From NCBI GenBank assembly GCA_963823665.1, contig CAWGMQ010000003.1, positions 1,376,001 through 1,440,000 of the forward strand: a DNA stretch of 64,000 nucleotides, given 5' to 3'. The DNA is from an uncultured Planctomycetota bacterium. Lineage in GTDB: Bacteria > Planctomycetota > Planctomycetia > Isosphaerales > Isosphaeraceae. A program made the translations under genes and the position numbers. Each line of letters opens with the position of its first letter. The first letter of the stretch is position 1. The notes below the pieces were generated by a model. It saw nothing but the letters and a program-made list of their open reading frames with translations. It did not search any database and was not told the DNA's origin. Positions 11,669-22,766 of the stretch are shown one piece after another.

Positions 11669-14600
11669 GTGGACGATCTGAAGCGCGATCTGCTGGTGGC
11701 CGTGCTGGCGGTGCTGACGGATGCGATTCCCCGCACGAACCTTGCTGCGGTGCTGAAGACGTGGTCGGAGAAGTGTGAAGAGCCGCTAGCGGAGGCGCTC
11801 AAGGCGGCGACCGGCCTGGATGACGAGCGGTTTCATGCGCTCGAATGTCTGGCGGCGGCCCATTTGAAAACGCATCAAGACGACCTTCGTCTGAGCCTTC
11901 AGGCGCTGGGCGCTCAATCGCTTACTGACGACGTGCTGACGGAGGCGGACGACGGGGACGAGCGCACGCTGGCGAGCCCCTTGTCCGAGGGCGAGTCGAC
12001 AATTCCGATGGACCAGGAGATTCACGGAGAGAAGGACCTGGGTTTCACGCTTGACCCGTTCCTGCGTGCAAAGGCTTCCGCCGGCGCGAAGGACGAGCGG
12101 TTCAAACTGATTCGCCCGCATGCGCAGGGGGGAATCGGGCAGGTCTGGCTGGCGCATGATTCCGAGCTTTCTCGGGACGTCGCCGTCAAGGAGATTCAAC
12201 CGCGATACGCCGGGCGTGAAGACCAGCGAGCGCGGTTCGTGCTGGAGGCGGAGATCACCGGCAGCCTGGAACACCCCGGAATCGTGCCGGTGTATAGCCT
12301 GGGAAGGAACGCCGAAGGCCGGCCCTACTACGCGATGCGATTCATCCGCGGCGAGAGCCTGCTGGTGGGGCTGCGGCGGTTTCACAAGGTCTTTGGCGAA
12401 GAGCCCACCGGCGCTGCCGACGACGACGCGACCGTGAAAGACGTCGAGACAGAGCCCGCGGAAAAGAAAGAGCCAGCGGCGAACGATGCCGACCGGCAAG
12501 CCGCGGTGCGGTCGAAGTGGGGGATCGAGTTCCGGCAGTTGATCGGGCGGTTCCTGGATGTTTGCGACGCCATCGACTATGCGCACAGCCGCGGGGTGCT
12601 GCACCGAGACTTGAAGCCGGCAAACATCATGCTGGGCCCGTATGGCGAGACGCTGGTCGTGGACTGGGGGCTGGCGAAGAAGATCGGCACGGTTGAGCCG
12701 GCGGGGCCAAAGGAGGAAGGCGAATTCGATCCTCCGCCAGCCGAGGAAGCGGGAGCCACGCTTCCGGAGGGAACGCAGCAGGGAACCACGATTGGCACAC
12801 CGGCGTACATGAGCCCGGAACAAGCGCGGGGATTGATCGATCAGCTCGGGCCGGCCAGCGACGTTTACAGCCTGGGAGCCAGCCTGTACGAGGTGATCAC
12901 GGGGAAGGCGCCGTTCCACGAGAAGAAGCTCTCGGTGGTCATTGCCAAGGTGATTGCGGGCGATTTCCTGCCGCCGCGAGCCCTTGACCGCACGATTCCG
13001 GCGCCGCTAGAAGCGATTTGCTTGAAGGCCATGGCGAAGAAGCCGGAAGCCCGCTACGGCTCGGTTCGCGCGCTGGCGCAGGACCTCGAGCACTGGCTGG
13101 CCGATGAACCGACGGCGGCTTATCCCGAGAGCCGGGTCGAAAAGATGACGCGCTGGTTCCGGCAACACCGGGCTTGGACGTTCGCCGGTGCGGCTGCGCT
13201 GGTGCTTGTTTCCACCGTGGCCGTTGTTGCGGCGGTGGTAATCGAGGGGGCCAGGCACCAGGAGGAAATTTCGCGCAAGGAAGCCGAGACCAATTTCGCC
13301 ATGGCCCAGAAGGCCGTTGATGATTATTTGACCAATGTGAGTGAGAACACGCTGCTCAAGGAGCAAGACTCCGTCGACATCCGAAGCCTGCGCCGCGACT
13401 TGCTCAAGAGTGCCCTCACCTTCTACGAGCACTTCGCCGCCGAACGGAAGAACGACCCCCTGCTCCGCCAGCAACTGGCGTGGGCGTATTTCCGCGTCGG
13501 TCAAATCACCCGTGAGATCGACTCGCTCGAGCAAGCGATGGTCGCGTTCCGCTCGGCTGAGGAGATCTGGGAAGCGCTGGTTGCGGCTAGCCCGAGCAAT
13601 CGGGAGCTCGCGGGCAACCTGGCCGAATGCTATCTGGCCATGGGAAAACTGGAGTCCTTCAACAGCAATTTCCCAGCCGCGCTCGCTACCCTGGACCGCT
13701 CAAGTACGATCCTGGAACCTATTTGCCAGAGAATAAACGCCGAGCCGCGTTACCAGGCGAGCCTGGCCGACTGTTATTCGGAAATCGGGATCGCGTACGC
13801 CAGGCTGGACAATCCGGACAAGAGCCTCGACATCCATGAAAAAGCCAGAGCGATCCAGCAAGGCCTGGTCGACCGATTCCCGGATAATCTGGCGTACAAA
13901 AAGGGCCTTGCGGAAAACTTGAATGCGATCGGTTTCGCCTATTACAGGCGGTACCACAATCAGAAAAAGACTGAAGATATCACCGCCGCTCTCAAGGCGT
14001 TTCACGACGTGCAAGAGTTCTGTCAGGGGCTCTTGAAGGAACTTTCGTACGAGACCAAGCCGACCTGGCTGCTGAACCTGCTGGCGCTCTCCCAGTACAA
14101 CATCGGCAGCATCCACAAGGCGAGCGGAGAACTCGAGAAAGCTTTGCCGTTCTTCGAGGAATCGCTCAAGTATCGGTCGGACCTTGCGGAAGAGCACCAG
14201 TCCGTGACCCGGTTCCGGGAGAAACTCGGGGTGAGTTACCGCGACTTTGCCGAGCTGCTGCACAAAGCTGACCAGGACGAGAAGGCCATTCCTACGGTCA
14301 AGAAGTCGATCGACGTGTTCGCACAACTCGTCCATGCTCAGCCCGAGACGGCGAGTTTTCACGGCGGCCTGGCGCTCTCCTGGAACAGCCTGGGGATCAT
14401 GCACGACGAGGCTCGGCAGAACGCCACGGCGATCGGCGATTTCGAGCGCGCGGTCCAGGAGCAACGAACGGCCATCGCGAATTCCAAATCTGCTGACGAC
14501 TACAAGCTGCCTCTGTGCTATTACCTCGACAACCTGGGAGAGCAGTCCATCGACCTGGGGCGCCCTGCGGAGGGCCTTCCCCACTATGAAGAAGCGATTC

Positions 14601-15358
14601 GAATACGCCGCGAACTGAGCCGGAACCACCCCGGAAAACTGGAGGATGTCGCCGAGGTGGTCCAGGCACTCGTTGTGCTGGGAAACATCAAGCGCCGCCT
14701 GGGCGAAGTAGACACGGCGCGGCGATTGTTCGCGGACGCACGAAAGGCTTCGGAGGAAGCGCTCAAGAAGCCACCGGGCGATCCCGCACTCGAGGCCCAG
14801 CTTGCCTTCGCGGTGACGGGCCAAGCGGTGTTACTGGCCGAGGAAGCGCAGCTCGAAAAGGCCAAGCCGTTGCTCGAAGATGCAGCCGACCGGTTTCGAC
14901 GGATTGCGGGCCGTGCGGAGCCCGAGAGCACGCTGGCAACGGAACGTGCGCGGCGCAGCGAGACGCTCTGGAACCTCTCGCGCGTTTTGCGAGACCTCAA
15001 ACTGCTCGAGGACGCAGCACGCTTCGACGTTGAACGAACCGACCTGTGGAAAACCCGGGCGCCTGTCGAACTGGTCGACCTCGCGATCAAGCATCTCGAC
15101 CAGGCCAAGCTGATCGGGTACGGAAAGACGCCGCACTCGACCCGCGCCACCGCCGTTCGCGAGCTCGACCTGAGCCAAGCGGCCGATGAGGTGATACTGG
15201 CGATCTCGAACGGCTTCAAGGATCTCGCAAAGCTCAAGGCCGTTCCCGATTGGCATTTGCTTCTCGAGCGGCCAGATGTCAAATCCGCGATCGAGAAACT
15301 CGAATCGGTCGAGCGAGCGCCGGGAGGGCATCGAGTCAAGAAGACCGACAATCATTGA
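11669..15358 (+). CDS. Membrane Ser/Thr protein kinase with C-terminal TPR repeats
   Basis: AQGGIGQV, VAVK, HRDLKPAN, VDWGLAK, GTPAYMSPEQ, DVYSLG; one hydrophobic segment, then TPR-like helices; GTG start at 11669 with RBS. Confidence 0.93.
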   Translation: MDDLKRDLLVAVLAVLTDAIPRTNLAAVLKTWSEKCEEPLAEALKAATGLDDERFHALECLAAAHLKTHQDDLRLSLQALGAQSLTDDVLTEADDGDERTLASPLSEGESTIPMDQEIHGEKDLGFTLDPFLRAKASAGAKDERFKLIRPHAQGGIGQVWLAHDSELSRDVAVKEIQPRYAGREDQRARFVLEAEITGSLEHPGIVPVYSLGRNAEGRPYYAMRFIRGESLLVGLRRFHKVFGEEPTGAADDDATVKDVETEPAEKKEPAANDADRQAAVRSKWGIEFRQLIGRFLDVCDAIDYAHSRGVLHRDLKPANIMLGPYGETLVVDWGLAKKIGTVEPAGPKEEGEFDPPPAEEAGATLPEGTQQGTTIGTPAYMSPEQARGLIDQLGPASDVYSLGASLYEVITGKAPFHEKKLSVVIAKVIAGDFLPPRALDRTIPAPLEAICLKAMAKKPEARYGSVRALAQDLEHWLADEPTAAYPESRVEKMTRWFRQHRAWTFAGAAALVLVSTVAVVAAVVIEGARHQEEISRKEAETNFAMAQKAVDDYLTNVSENTLLKEQDSVDIRSLRRDLLKSALTFYEHFAAERKNDPLLRQQLAWAYFRVGQITREIDSLEQAMVAFRSAEEIWEALVAASPSNRELAGNLAECYLAMGKLESFNSNFPAALATLDRSSTILEPICQRINAEPRYQASLADCYSEIGIAYARLDNPDKSLDIHEKARAIQQGLVDRFPDNLAYKKGLAENLNAIGFAYYRRYHNQKKTEDITAALKAFHDVQEFCQGLLKELSYETKPTWLLNLLALSQYNIGSIHKASGELEKALPFFEESLKYRSDLAEEHQSVTRFREKLGVSYRDFAELLHKADQDEKAIPTVKKSIDVFAQLVHAQPETASFHGGLALSWNSLGIMHDEARQNATAIGDFERAVQEQRTAIANSKSADDYKLPLCYYLDNLGEQSIDLGRPAEGLPHYEEAIRIRRELSRNHPGKLEDVAEVVQALVVLGNIKRRLGEVDTARRLFADARKASEEALKKPPGDPALEAQLAFAVTGQAVLLAEEAQLEKAKPLLEDAADRFRRIAGRAEPESTLATERARRSETLWNLSRVLRDLKLLEDAARFDVERTDLWKTRAPVELVDLAIKHLDQAKLIGYGKTPHSTRATAVRELDLSQAADEVILAISNGFKDLAKLKAVPDWHLLLERPDVKSAIEKLESVERAPGGHRVKKTDNH

Positions 15359-15678
15359 CACCCGGGGCGCCTCGCGTTGCCGGTCGCTCTCTGATCAGGC
15401 GTATAGAACTTCTCATTTATTTTTGGAAAATCGCCAAAAAGCCAGTAAGGTGGGAGTGAGGGCATACGTATCATAGGGTGAAGTGACACGGCGGGGCTGG
15501 CCGGCACGAAGGATCGCTGGAAAGAGTGATCGGGTGCGAGGGATGGACTGGAATCGCCCTTGCTACGATGGACTCGATTCGGAGATGCCGCAGTGCATGG
15601 CTGATCCGTGCCGGACGAGGATGTCGTGGAGATACGGAGTTCGGAGTCATGGGCAACCCTTTCGCGTGGAGCAAGAAA

Positions 15679-15849
15679 ATGTCGACGCAACCGTCTCAGC
15701 CGACCAAACCAGCAACCAAGCCCGAAAAGCCAACCGACGCCACGGCGCTGCTTTCGCCTGAAGAGCTTCGCGCGATCTCCGGCGGGGCATCGCAGCCTCC
15801 GCCGACGACGGGTGGCGGCGGTAGTGGTGGTGTGCAGCCGAATACTTAA
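15679..15849 (+). CDS. Double-glycine-leader peptide precursor (36-aa leader + 20-aa core ASQPPPTTGGGGSGGVQPNT)
   Basis: GGAG RBS; LSPEELRAISGG matches the LSxxELxxIxGG C39-peptidase leader; directly upstream of an NHLM-type HlyD gene. Confidence 0.8.
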   Translation: MSTQPSQPTKPATKPEKPTDATALLSPEELRAISGGASQPPPTTGGGGSGGVQPNT

Positions 15850-15937
15850 CAGACCATTGAGGTCATTGGCCCATTCGTTGCCCCGAAAGGGTTACGAACT
15901 TGGGCGTCGACGAAATGCGAGAATCGCCGCACGATTC

Positions 15938-15976
15938 GCCCCTGTCGCGTAAACTCGCGCAGGGGCCTTTTCTTTC
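15938..15976 (+). terminator. Rho-independent terminator after the peptide gene
   Basis: gcccctgtcgcg-taaact-cgcgcaggggc followed by cttttctttc. Confidence 0.65.
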
Positions 15977-16003
15977 GCCAAGAGCACTTTCGATCGGAGC
16001 TGC

Positions 16004-17362
16004 GTGATGAGCGACGCGGTGGTTTCGACGCCGAGCCCAGCGCCGAGCGTCCCAAGCCCAGGGTTTGAACGCCTGGATACCCTGGTGCGGGTTACCACCA
16101 TCCAATCTTGGGTGTATCTGGGCCTTTTGTTTGCCGTTGGGACGGCGGCGGTTGCGTTTGCGATTCTGTATCGCGTACCGACCAAGGTGATGGGCGAGGG
16201 GATTCTGCTGATCGAGCAGGACACGATTGCCCAGGTGCGCGCGCAGGCGACTGGCCGGCTGGTGAGCCTGCACGTGAAGCTTGGCGATCGGGTCGAGCCG
16301 GGAAAGGTGATCGGGGAGATTTCTCAAGAAGAGTTGAACGATTCGATACTCGAGGCAGAGGCGAAGCTCGCGGATCTTGTTGAGGAGGACCTCGAGCTCA
16401 CGCGGTTTGAGCGGCTCGAGAGGGTGACGCATGGAAAGGCGATGGACGGAGTGAAGCTTGCGACCGGGCAGGAGCAGAAGAGCTCGCGAGAGAAGTTAAT
16501 GATCGCCGACCACATGGTCAAGGGGACCAACCGGCTTCGAATGCAGTATTCGATGAGCGATCAGGAACTACTTGAGGCACGCGAAAAGAAGTTCAGTATC
16601 GAGAATGACGTGAACAAAGGCGACACCCGATTAGCCGAGTTGGACCTGGAAGGGACCAAGGCAGAGACCGCCCGGCGCGCGCGCGGATCGAACGGAAGCA
16701 CAAGATCAATCAGCTCGAGCGAAAGCTGGAGCTCGACCGCGGGAAGATGGTGCGGATGTCGAAAGTCGTGAGCCGCTTCAGCGGCGTCGTGGCGCAGGTC
16801 TTTTGTGCGCGTGACGAACTGGTGAAAGAGGGGGGGCCGGTCGTTTTGCTGCACTCCCCCAAGTCTGAGCACGGACTTGACGATGCCGGCGTGCCATATG
16901 ACTCAATCGTGTTCGTGCCGGCCGGCGATGGGAAGAAGATCGATACCGGGGACGTGGTGGAAGTGAGCCCGACGACGGTGAAGCGAGAGGAGCACGGTTT
17001 CATTCGCGGCGAGGTGGTGGCCGTCTCGGAGCTGCCCGCGACCAAGCTGGCGATGGAGTCCGCGCTTCAGCATCCGGAGCTGGTCGAGAGCTTCGTGAAA
17101 CGACACGCGCCCGGGGTTTTGCTGCGGGTCCACGTCAAACTCAACCCGGCGAGGGAAACTGACCTCAAGCGTGCGCGAATCGGGCTGCACCGATCCTAAC
17201 CACTACGATTGGTCATCGTCGTCGGGGCTTACTCAACGGCTCAAGACGGGAACCATGTGCCAGGCGGCGATCGTGGTGGAGCGGAGGAGGCTGATCAGCC
17301 TGGTGCTGCCGTGGACGAAGAAGATCATGAGCGGGACGGAGGCGGGGTCGAAGATCGATTGA
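16004..17362 (+). CDS. NHLM/NHLP bacteriocin-system secretion protein (HlyD adaptor), frameshifts near 16680 and 17170
   Basis: ERLDTLVRVTT...W, TM helix, VPTKVMGEGILL, VSPTTVKREEHGFIRGEV..VSELP, YDWSSSSG...GT.C...IVVERRRLISLVLPW; resembles TIGR03794. Confidence 0.85.
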
Positions 17363-17410
17363 GCGAGGGCACGGGCAAGGCTCGCCGGGGGGTGCCTCAG
17401 GCCAAAAAAG

Positions 17411-18952
17411 TCAGTTCGAGCCGATGGCGGCGGGATAACCGAGCTGGTTGATGAGTTGCGAACCGATCTGGTGATCGAGCTCATCGGCGCGGCGGTAGTC
17501 GGCCATGGCCTTCTTCCGATCGCCTTTCTTATCCCAAGCAAGTGCCCGGTTCGCGTACGCCTCGGCATTTCGAGGCTGGATGCGGATCGATTCGTTGAGG
17601 TCGGCGATGGCCTTGTCGTATTCGTTCCTGGCCAACAGGGCTGCGCCCCGATTCAGGTACGAACCGAAATCACGAGGGTCGAGACGGATAGCCGCATTGC
17701 AGTCGGCCACAGCTTTGTCGAACTGTCCTTTCAGGAGCCAGGCGCCAGCGCGGTTGTTGTAAGCCAACGTGAATTGAGGATTGAGCCGAATCGCTTCGGT
17801 GAAGTCGGCGATGGCCTGGTCGTACTGCTGCATCCACCGCCAGGCGAAGCCGCGTTTGTTGAACGCTACGGCGAGACCAGGCTCGAGGCGGATGGCTTGG
17901 TTGAGGTCTGCGATGGCCTTGTCGAACTCTTTCAATTCGGATCGGCAGTGGGCTCGATCGACGTAGAACGAAGCCTGGCGCGGCTCGAGCGCGATGGCGT
18001 GGTCGAAGTCGCCAATGGCGCTGTCGTAAAGCTTTTTCTGGATGAAGGCGGACGCGCGAAAGGCGTAGACCAATGAGGAGCGGCTGTGGAGCCGAGTGGC
18101 TTGATCGAAATCGGCGATCGCCTTGTCGTAGTCGCGAGTTACAAGCCAGCAATGCCCCCGGACGGCGTAAACCCACGCGTCTTGCGGGTCGATCTGGATG
18201 GCTTGGTCGAAGTCCGCCATCGCCTTGCCGCGGTCGTTTTTGAACCACCATGCTTCGCCCCGCGCGGTGTAAGCTTTGGCCCGACCTGGGCTGAGTCGAA
18301 TCGCCGCGTCGAAGTCGGCCATGGCCATTTCGCGCTCGCGCGTTTGCTCCAAGGCTTTGCCTCGTCGGACGAGGACGTCGTAGTTTCGAGGATTCAGCCG
18401 GATAGCCTGGTTGAAATCGGCGATGGCTGCTACGTCCTGTTTCTTCTCGAAATAAGCGATTGCTCGAAACGCATAGCCGCTTGCTTGATTGGGCGCCAGT
18501 GAGATCGCCAGATTGGAGTCTGCGAACGCGCGGTCGAAGTCGTTCTGGTCGAGCCAGACAACAGTCCTCAGGATGAGCGGCACTGCGTCGCGAGGGTGGG
18601 CACGGATTTGCTCGGTGAAGTACGCGACGGCCTGTTCCACGGGAACGCACTCGGTGGCGAGGACGCGCCCGCTCAATCCGACACCGTCGGCTTTGAGCCA
18701 AAGGTAAGGACCATCGGCCCGTATGACGGTGTAGGTATAAATTTCCGTACTGCTCTGCAGGTCGCGCTCTTCCTCAGCGCGGAGCGCGAAGTTGCGGTGC
18801 TTCTGCACAACGCGCCTGCCGACCCAGTCGCCGGCCGAAGCTTGCTGGGCGTGAGCGTCTCTCGTCGGGGCGATCATCACGGCGAGGGAAGTACAGAGAA
18901 TCGACAGCCAGAATCGAGTGGTCCCGAAGGTGCGCGGGTTTCTGAGTTCCAT
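17411..18952 (-). CDS. Secreted tetratricopeptide-repeat protein
   Basis: Signal peptide (AHA-QQ); about 11 repeats of AY.NRG......YDKAIADF..AIRL.P. Confidence 0.9.
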   Translation of the reverse strand: MELRNPRTFGTTRFWLSILCTSLAVMIAPTRDAHAQQASAGDWVGRRVVQKHRNFALRAEEERDLQSSTEIYTYTVIRADGPYLWLKADGVGLSGRVLATECVPVEQAVAYFTEQIRAHPRDAVPLILRTVVWLDQNDFDRAFADSNLAISLAPNQASGYAFRAIAYFEKKQDVAAIADFNQAIRLNPRNYDVLVRRGKALEQTREREMAMADFDAAIRLSPGRAKAYTARGEAWWFKNDRGKAMADFDQAIQIDPQDAWVYAVRGHCWLVTRDYDKAIADFDQATRLHSRSSLVYAFRASAFIQKKLYDSAIGDFDHAIALEPRQASFYVDRAHCRSELKEFDKAIADLNQAIRLEPGLAVAFNKRGFAWRWMQQYDQAIADFTEAIRLNPQFTLAYNNRAGAWLLKGQFDKAVADCNAAIRLDPRDFGSYLNRGAALLARNEYDKAIADLNESIRIQPRNAEAYANRALAWDKKGDRKKAMADYRRADELDHQIGSQLINQLGYPAAIGSN

Positions 18953-18977
18953 AGTCCGGCTCCTTGTTTGGATCGGC

Positions 18978-21900
18978 TCACTCCGGCTGCGAGTCTGTGC
19001 GGGCTCGGTTGATGGCTCGGAGGGCATCGCCGACGGGGGGGAGAGGCTCGACGGATGTTTTGAAGTTGGACGGCGTGCCTCGGACGTGGGCGATGAAGAA
19101 CTGACTGCTGGTGCGGCGGGCGAATTCGCTCACCAGCGGGATGTGCAGGCGATCGCGACCCCACAAGAGGTTGAGCCGGAGGTCCATGTAACCCTGGGGA
19201 TCAAGCGTGCCGCGGCCCATCAAACTGAAGGCATTGCCTGTGAACTTGATGGGATCGAACGTGGTGATGCCGTTGGCGATGCTGAAGTTGACGTCTGCGG
19301 AGTCAAACACCGTTCTTCCCTGGCCGCGGTTCTTGTCGAGCGAGGCGACGCTGATGCTGGGCACCGGGTTGATCACGGAGGCGACCCTCAGGACCGGCGG
19401 CAGCTCGCCCAGGTCGCCCTCGCGGATGTGGGCGTCGCCGCGGCCGTGGATGCTGTGCACGTCGCTGCCCAACCCGTCGAATGCGATCGTCGCGTCGATC
19501 AGGCCGCGGTAGGACTGGCGGCCGGAGATCGTGCGCGCGTATTCCTCGAGCCGCGCTTCCTTGAGCGAGAGCGCGGCATGGTACCGCGGGGTTGCGTCCA
19601 GACTGATCCAGCAGGCGTCGTCGGCGAAAACCTCGCCGCCCAGGTAGTGACCGCGGATGCTGTCGAGGGTTGCGCGGCCTTCTCTGACGTGGAACGGCGA
19701 CTCGAGCTGAGTGAACTGCTGGCCCATGAAGCTGACGCTTTCCAGCTTCATGATTCCCTCAACCGAGAGAGCCATGCCGTTGGACCAGCCGCTGACATTC
19801 TCGAGCTGGCCCTGGATGTGCTCGACGGGGATGGCCGTCCTGATTGCGTTGTCGTTGAAGATCACCTTGGTGTTCTTCCACCGGCACCAGGCAAGATCGG
19901 TTTCGCGACCTGACCAGCCAATTTCCAGATCTCCTCGAGCACGAAACGGCCCGCCGCCATCCAGGCGGAGAGCAAACTGGGCCATCAAGGGGGGCATCTT
20001 GATGCGGAGATCTCTGTCGAACCGGATTTCCTCCAGCCAGGCCTCCTGCACGCTGAGATCGAACTGACCGCTTTTGAGGAGGCGAAACTTTCCGCTCGAG
20101 AACTTGACGGGAGCCCCTCGGAAGCTGAAGTTCACGCGGGTCATCGTGACCTCGCCGTTATCGAAATCGAACTGGCCATGAACGTCGTCCATGGGCAACT
20201 CGATGGTGGCGCCGGGATCGATACCCGGCTGCGGCGAGCGTGTGACCATCAAGTGCACCGTCGACTCGTCACGAGGGATGATCCTGATCTGGGTGCGGTT
20301 CGGGCCGCCGGGGGCGACATGCACCCGGGCCAGGACGTTGCAGGAACCCGAGGGATTGATCGTGGGCCAGACGTTCCGCCACTCGTTGGGAAGGGCGATC
20401 TTGAGCTCCTCGCTGAATGGGAGCTTCTGCGCGTCGAGGGCAATGTCGATCTTGAGCGGCTCTTCGCGTCCAGGCCCCCTGCCCCGCGCCAGCCTTTCCA
20501 CCTTTTCGACGCTGCCGCTGGCCTTGATTTTCGCTTGCCCGTTGCTGCCGGTGACGTCTTTGAATGTCCATTTATCCGGATGAATTTCGAGGCGGCCTTT
20601 CAGGTTGCGAACCGGATAAGGGAGCCGATTCCACGTGATCTCGCAGCCCTCGGTGAGATCGATGTTGGCGTCGAAGGTGATGCGGCCTTGCGGAGGAGCG
20701 TCCGGTCCCTCCATCGGCTCGCGCTGGACCCTGGCATTCACGTTCACCAATCCACTGGCCTTGAACCCATCGACGACCTTGCGTACGTCCGGGGGCATGG
20801 CGTTCTTGATCGCGTCGTCGATCGGGAGAGATTCGCGCCTTCAAGTCGAGCTTGACGACGGCGTCCGGGCCCGGCTTCCAGATCGTTCCGGAAATCTGCA
20901 AGGGGCGGCCGCTCAGCGAATTCAAGTCGACGGAGAGCGTATTCTTCTCGAAGATCAAGTCACCGGTGAGATGGTCGAGCGGATAAGGAAAATGCCGATA
21001 AATCGCCGCGACATCGCGACAACGGACCCTGGCCGTCCAATCGTAGGGCGCACGCGAGTCGTGACGAGTCACGTGGACCGTGAGGTTCACTCTTCCCTGT
21101 GGCTTGAAGAGGTTCCAGAGGTCACCGTACTCAGCCGGCGTTCTCCTGCGCAGGCGGTCGTCGTCGAGCTCCAAGTCGTCGAGCTCGACGCGGAGATCCA
21201 CGGCGCCCTTCTTGTTTCCTTCGAGGACGATCACGCCAGCGGCGCTCAAGGTGGTGTTGCCGTTGGAGCCGTTGGCGTGCTTGATGGTGATGACCTGGTC
21301 TTCGACGCTGACGACGGCCGAGAGGTCGTTGACCGGGAAAGGGAGCAACGGGCAATCCCATACTCCCTCGCGCAGCCGGGCCACCATGTTGCACCGCAGG
21401 CAGCTTTCCGGTGGCGCGGCAGGGTCATACCGGAGCCGGCTCACCTCCAGGTCGAGCACGCCGCCGTTGAGCGCCATCGCCTGCACGCTGCGCCTCAAGC
21501 CGGGCGGGAGCTTGCGGCGGAGGCTTTCCGAGAGGACCAAGCCAGCGAGCTCACCACTGGCCTCGATGATGCCGGTTTTGAGATCGATTGATCCGGTGAG
21601 TGTGAGCCGCTCGAAACCATCTCCGCTGGCCGAGCCTTCGAACTTGAGCTCGCGGTCGGGCCTCGAGCCGGGATCGATTTTGAGGCTGACGTCGCGGAGG
21701 ATTGCCGGGCTGTGCTCGGCGACGGCGCGGGCCACCGCGGACGAGCCCTCAACCGTGGGTGAAGGGAGTGACCCGGCGCCGGGCGGCGAAGGCTCTCCAG
21801 GCGCTGCGCTCGGGTCGTCGCAAGGATAGAGCTCGACGGTGCCGTTGCGAATCTGGATCGGCGGTGTTTCGATCCAGGGTCCGGGCCAGGGATCCGCGAG

Positions 21901-22305
21901 CAACCCCTGGAGGTTCCAGCTTCCATCGTTTCGCGCTTTCAGCCGCAAGGTCGGGTGACCGACGATGATCCTGCCGGATGCGAAGTGTCCCCGGAGGAGC
22001 TCGCGCGGGTTGACTTGAAGCTGAAGGAATGCGATCCGCAGAGTTTCGAACAGTGTGCCGTCGATCGGCTGCTTGAGTTTGAGGTCATGAAGAACCAGCT
22101 CGCCGGTGCGGAATGCGGCCCGAACGCGGCCGGGCTCGAGGATGGTGTTGGGCAGATAGCGGACAGAATGTTCGCGAAGGACTCTCGAAATTGTCTCGCT
22201 GTCGGTGATGTACCAGTAAGCGAACCAGAGGCCGCCGGCCAATGAGGAGAAGCAGAGCACCAGTCCCCAGAAGAGGAATCTCGCGACGCGTCTGCCCAAG
22301 CGCAT
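18978..22305 (-). CDS. AsmA-like (bridge-type lipid transfer) protein, frameshift near 20830
   Basis: N-terminal TM anchor, beta-rich repeats (PFPVNDLS / PYPLDHLTG / PYPVRNLKG), C-terminal GNAFSLMGRGTL..HVRGTPSNF. Confidence 0.75.
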
Positions 22306-22631
22306 CCGGATAAGGCCCTCCTTCCGTGGAGAAAGCTTGAGCGAGCTCGGTCTCAGATCGCTTCGAATTGCGCGCTGAAACGGTTTTCCGCTGCTGTCTG
22401 AAATGCGGGGAGATCGTATGCCAAAGCAGGCGGAACGTCAACGCCAAGCGATAGGGGATGTGCGTTCAGCATTAGCGGCAGCGTGCACATGCGGATGCCC
22501 GTGCCGGTGCGACCCATCCCTGACAGCAGCTCAGGCGCGAATGGTTTACGATTCGGATGTGACGTCAGTTGATATCATGAAAAGATTTCTTGAGGAAGTT
22601 TTGGTGAGGAGGTCGGTCTGAATGCGCCTTG

Positions 22632-22691
22632 ATTGACAGATAATGGGAAGTGCAAGGAAGAATTGACAGATTGGAGCCATCGGCTTAGTAT
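22632..22691 (+). promoter_or_regulatory. Sigma70-like promoter with duplicated ATTGACAGAT
   Basis: ATTGACAGAT at 22632 and 22662; second TTGACA is followed after 17 nt by TAGTAT, upstream of the PEP-CTERM gene. Confidence 0.45.
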
Positions 22692-22766
22692 TTCGACCTC
22701 TCGGAGTGAATCTGATCTTGCGTACACATAGCGTCTCAATGACCAGGTCCAAGAGGGCCGACAGTC

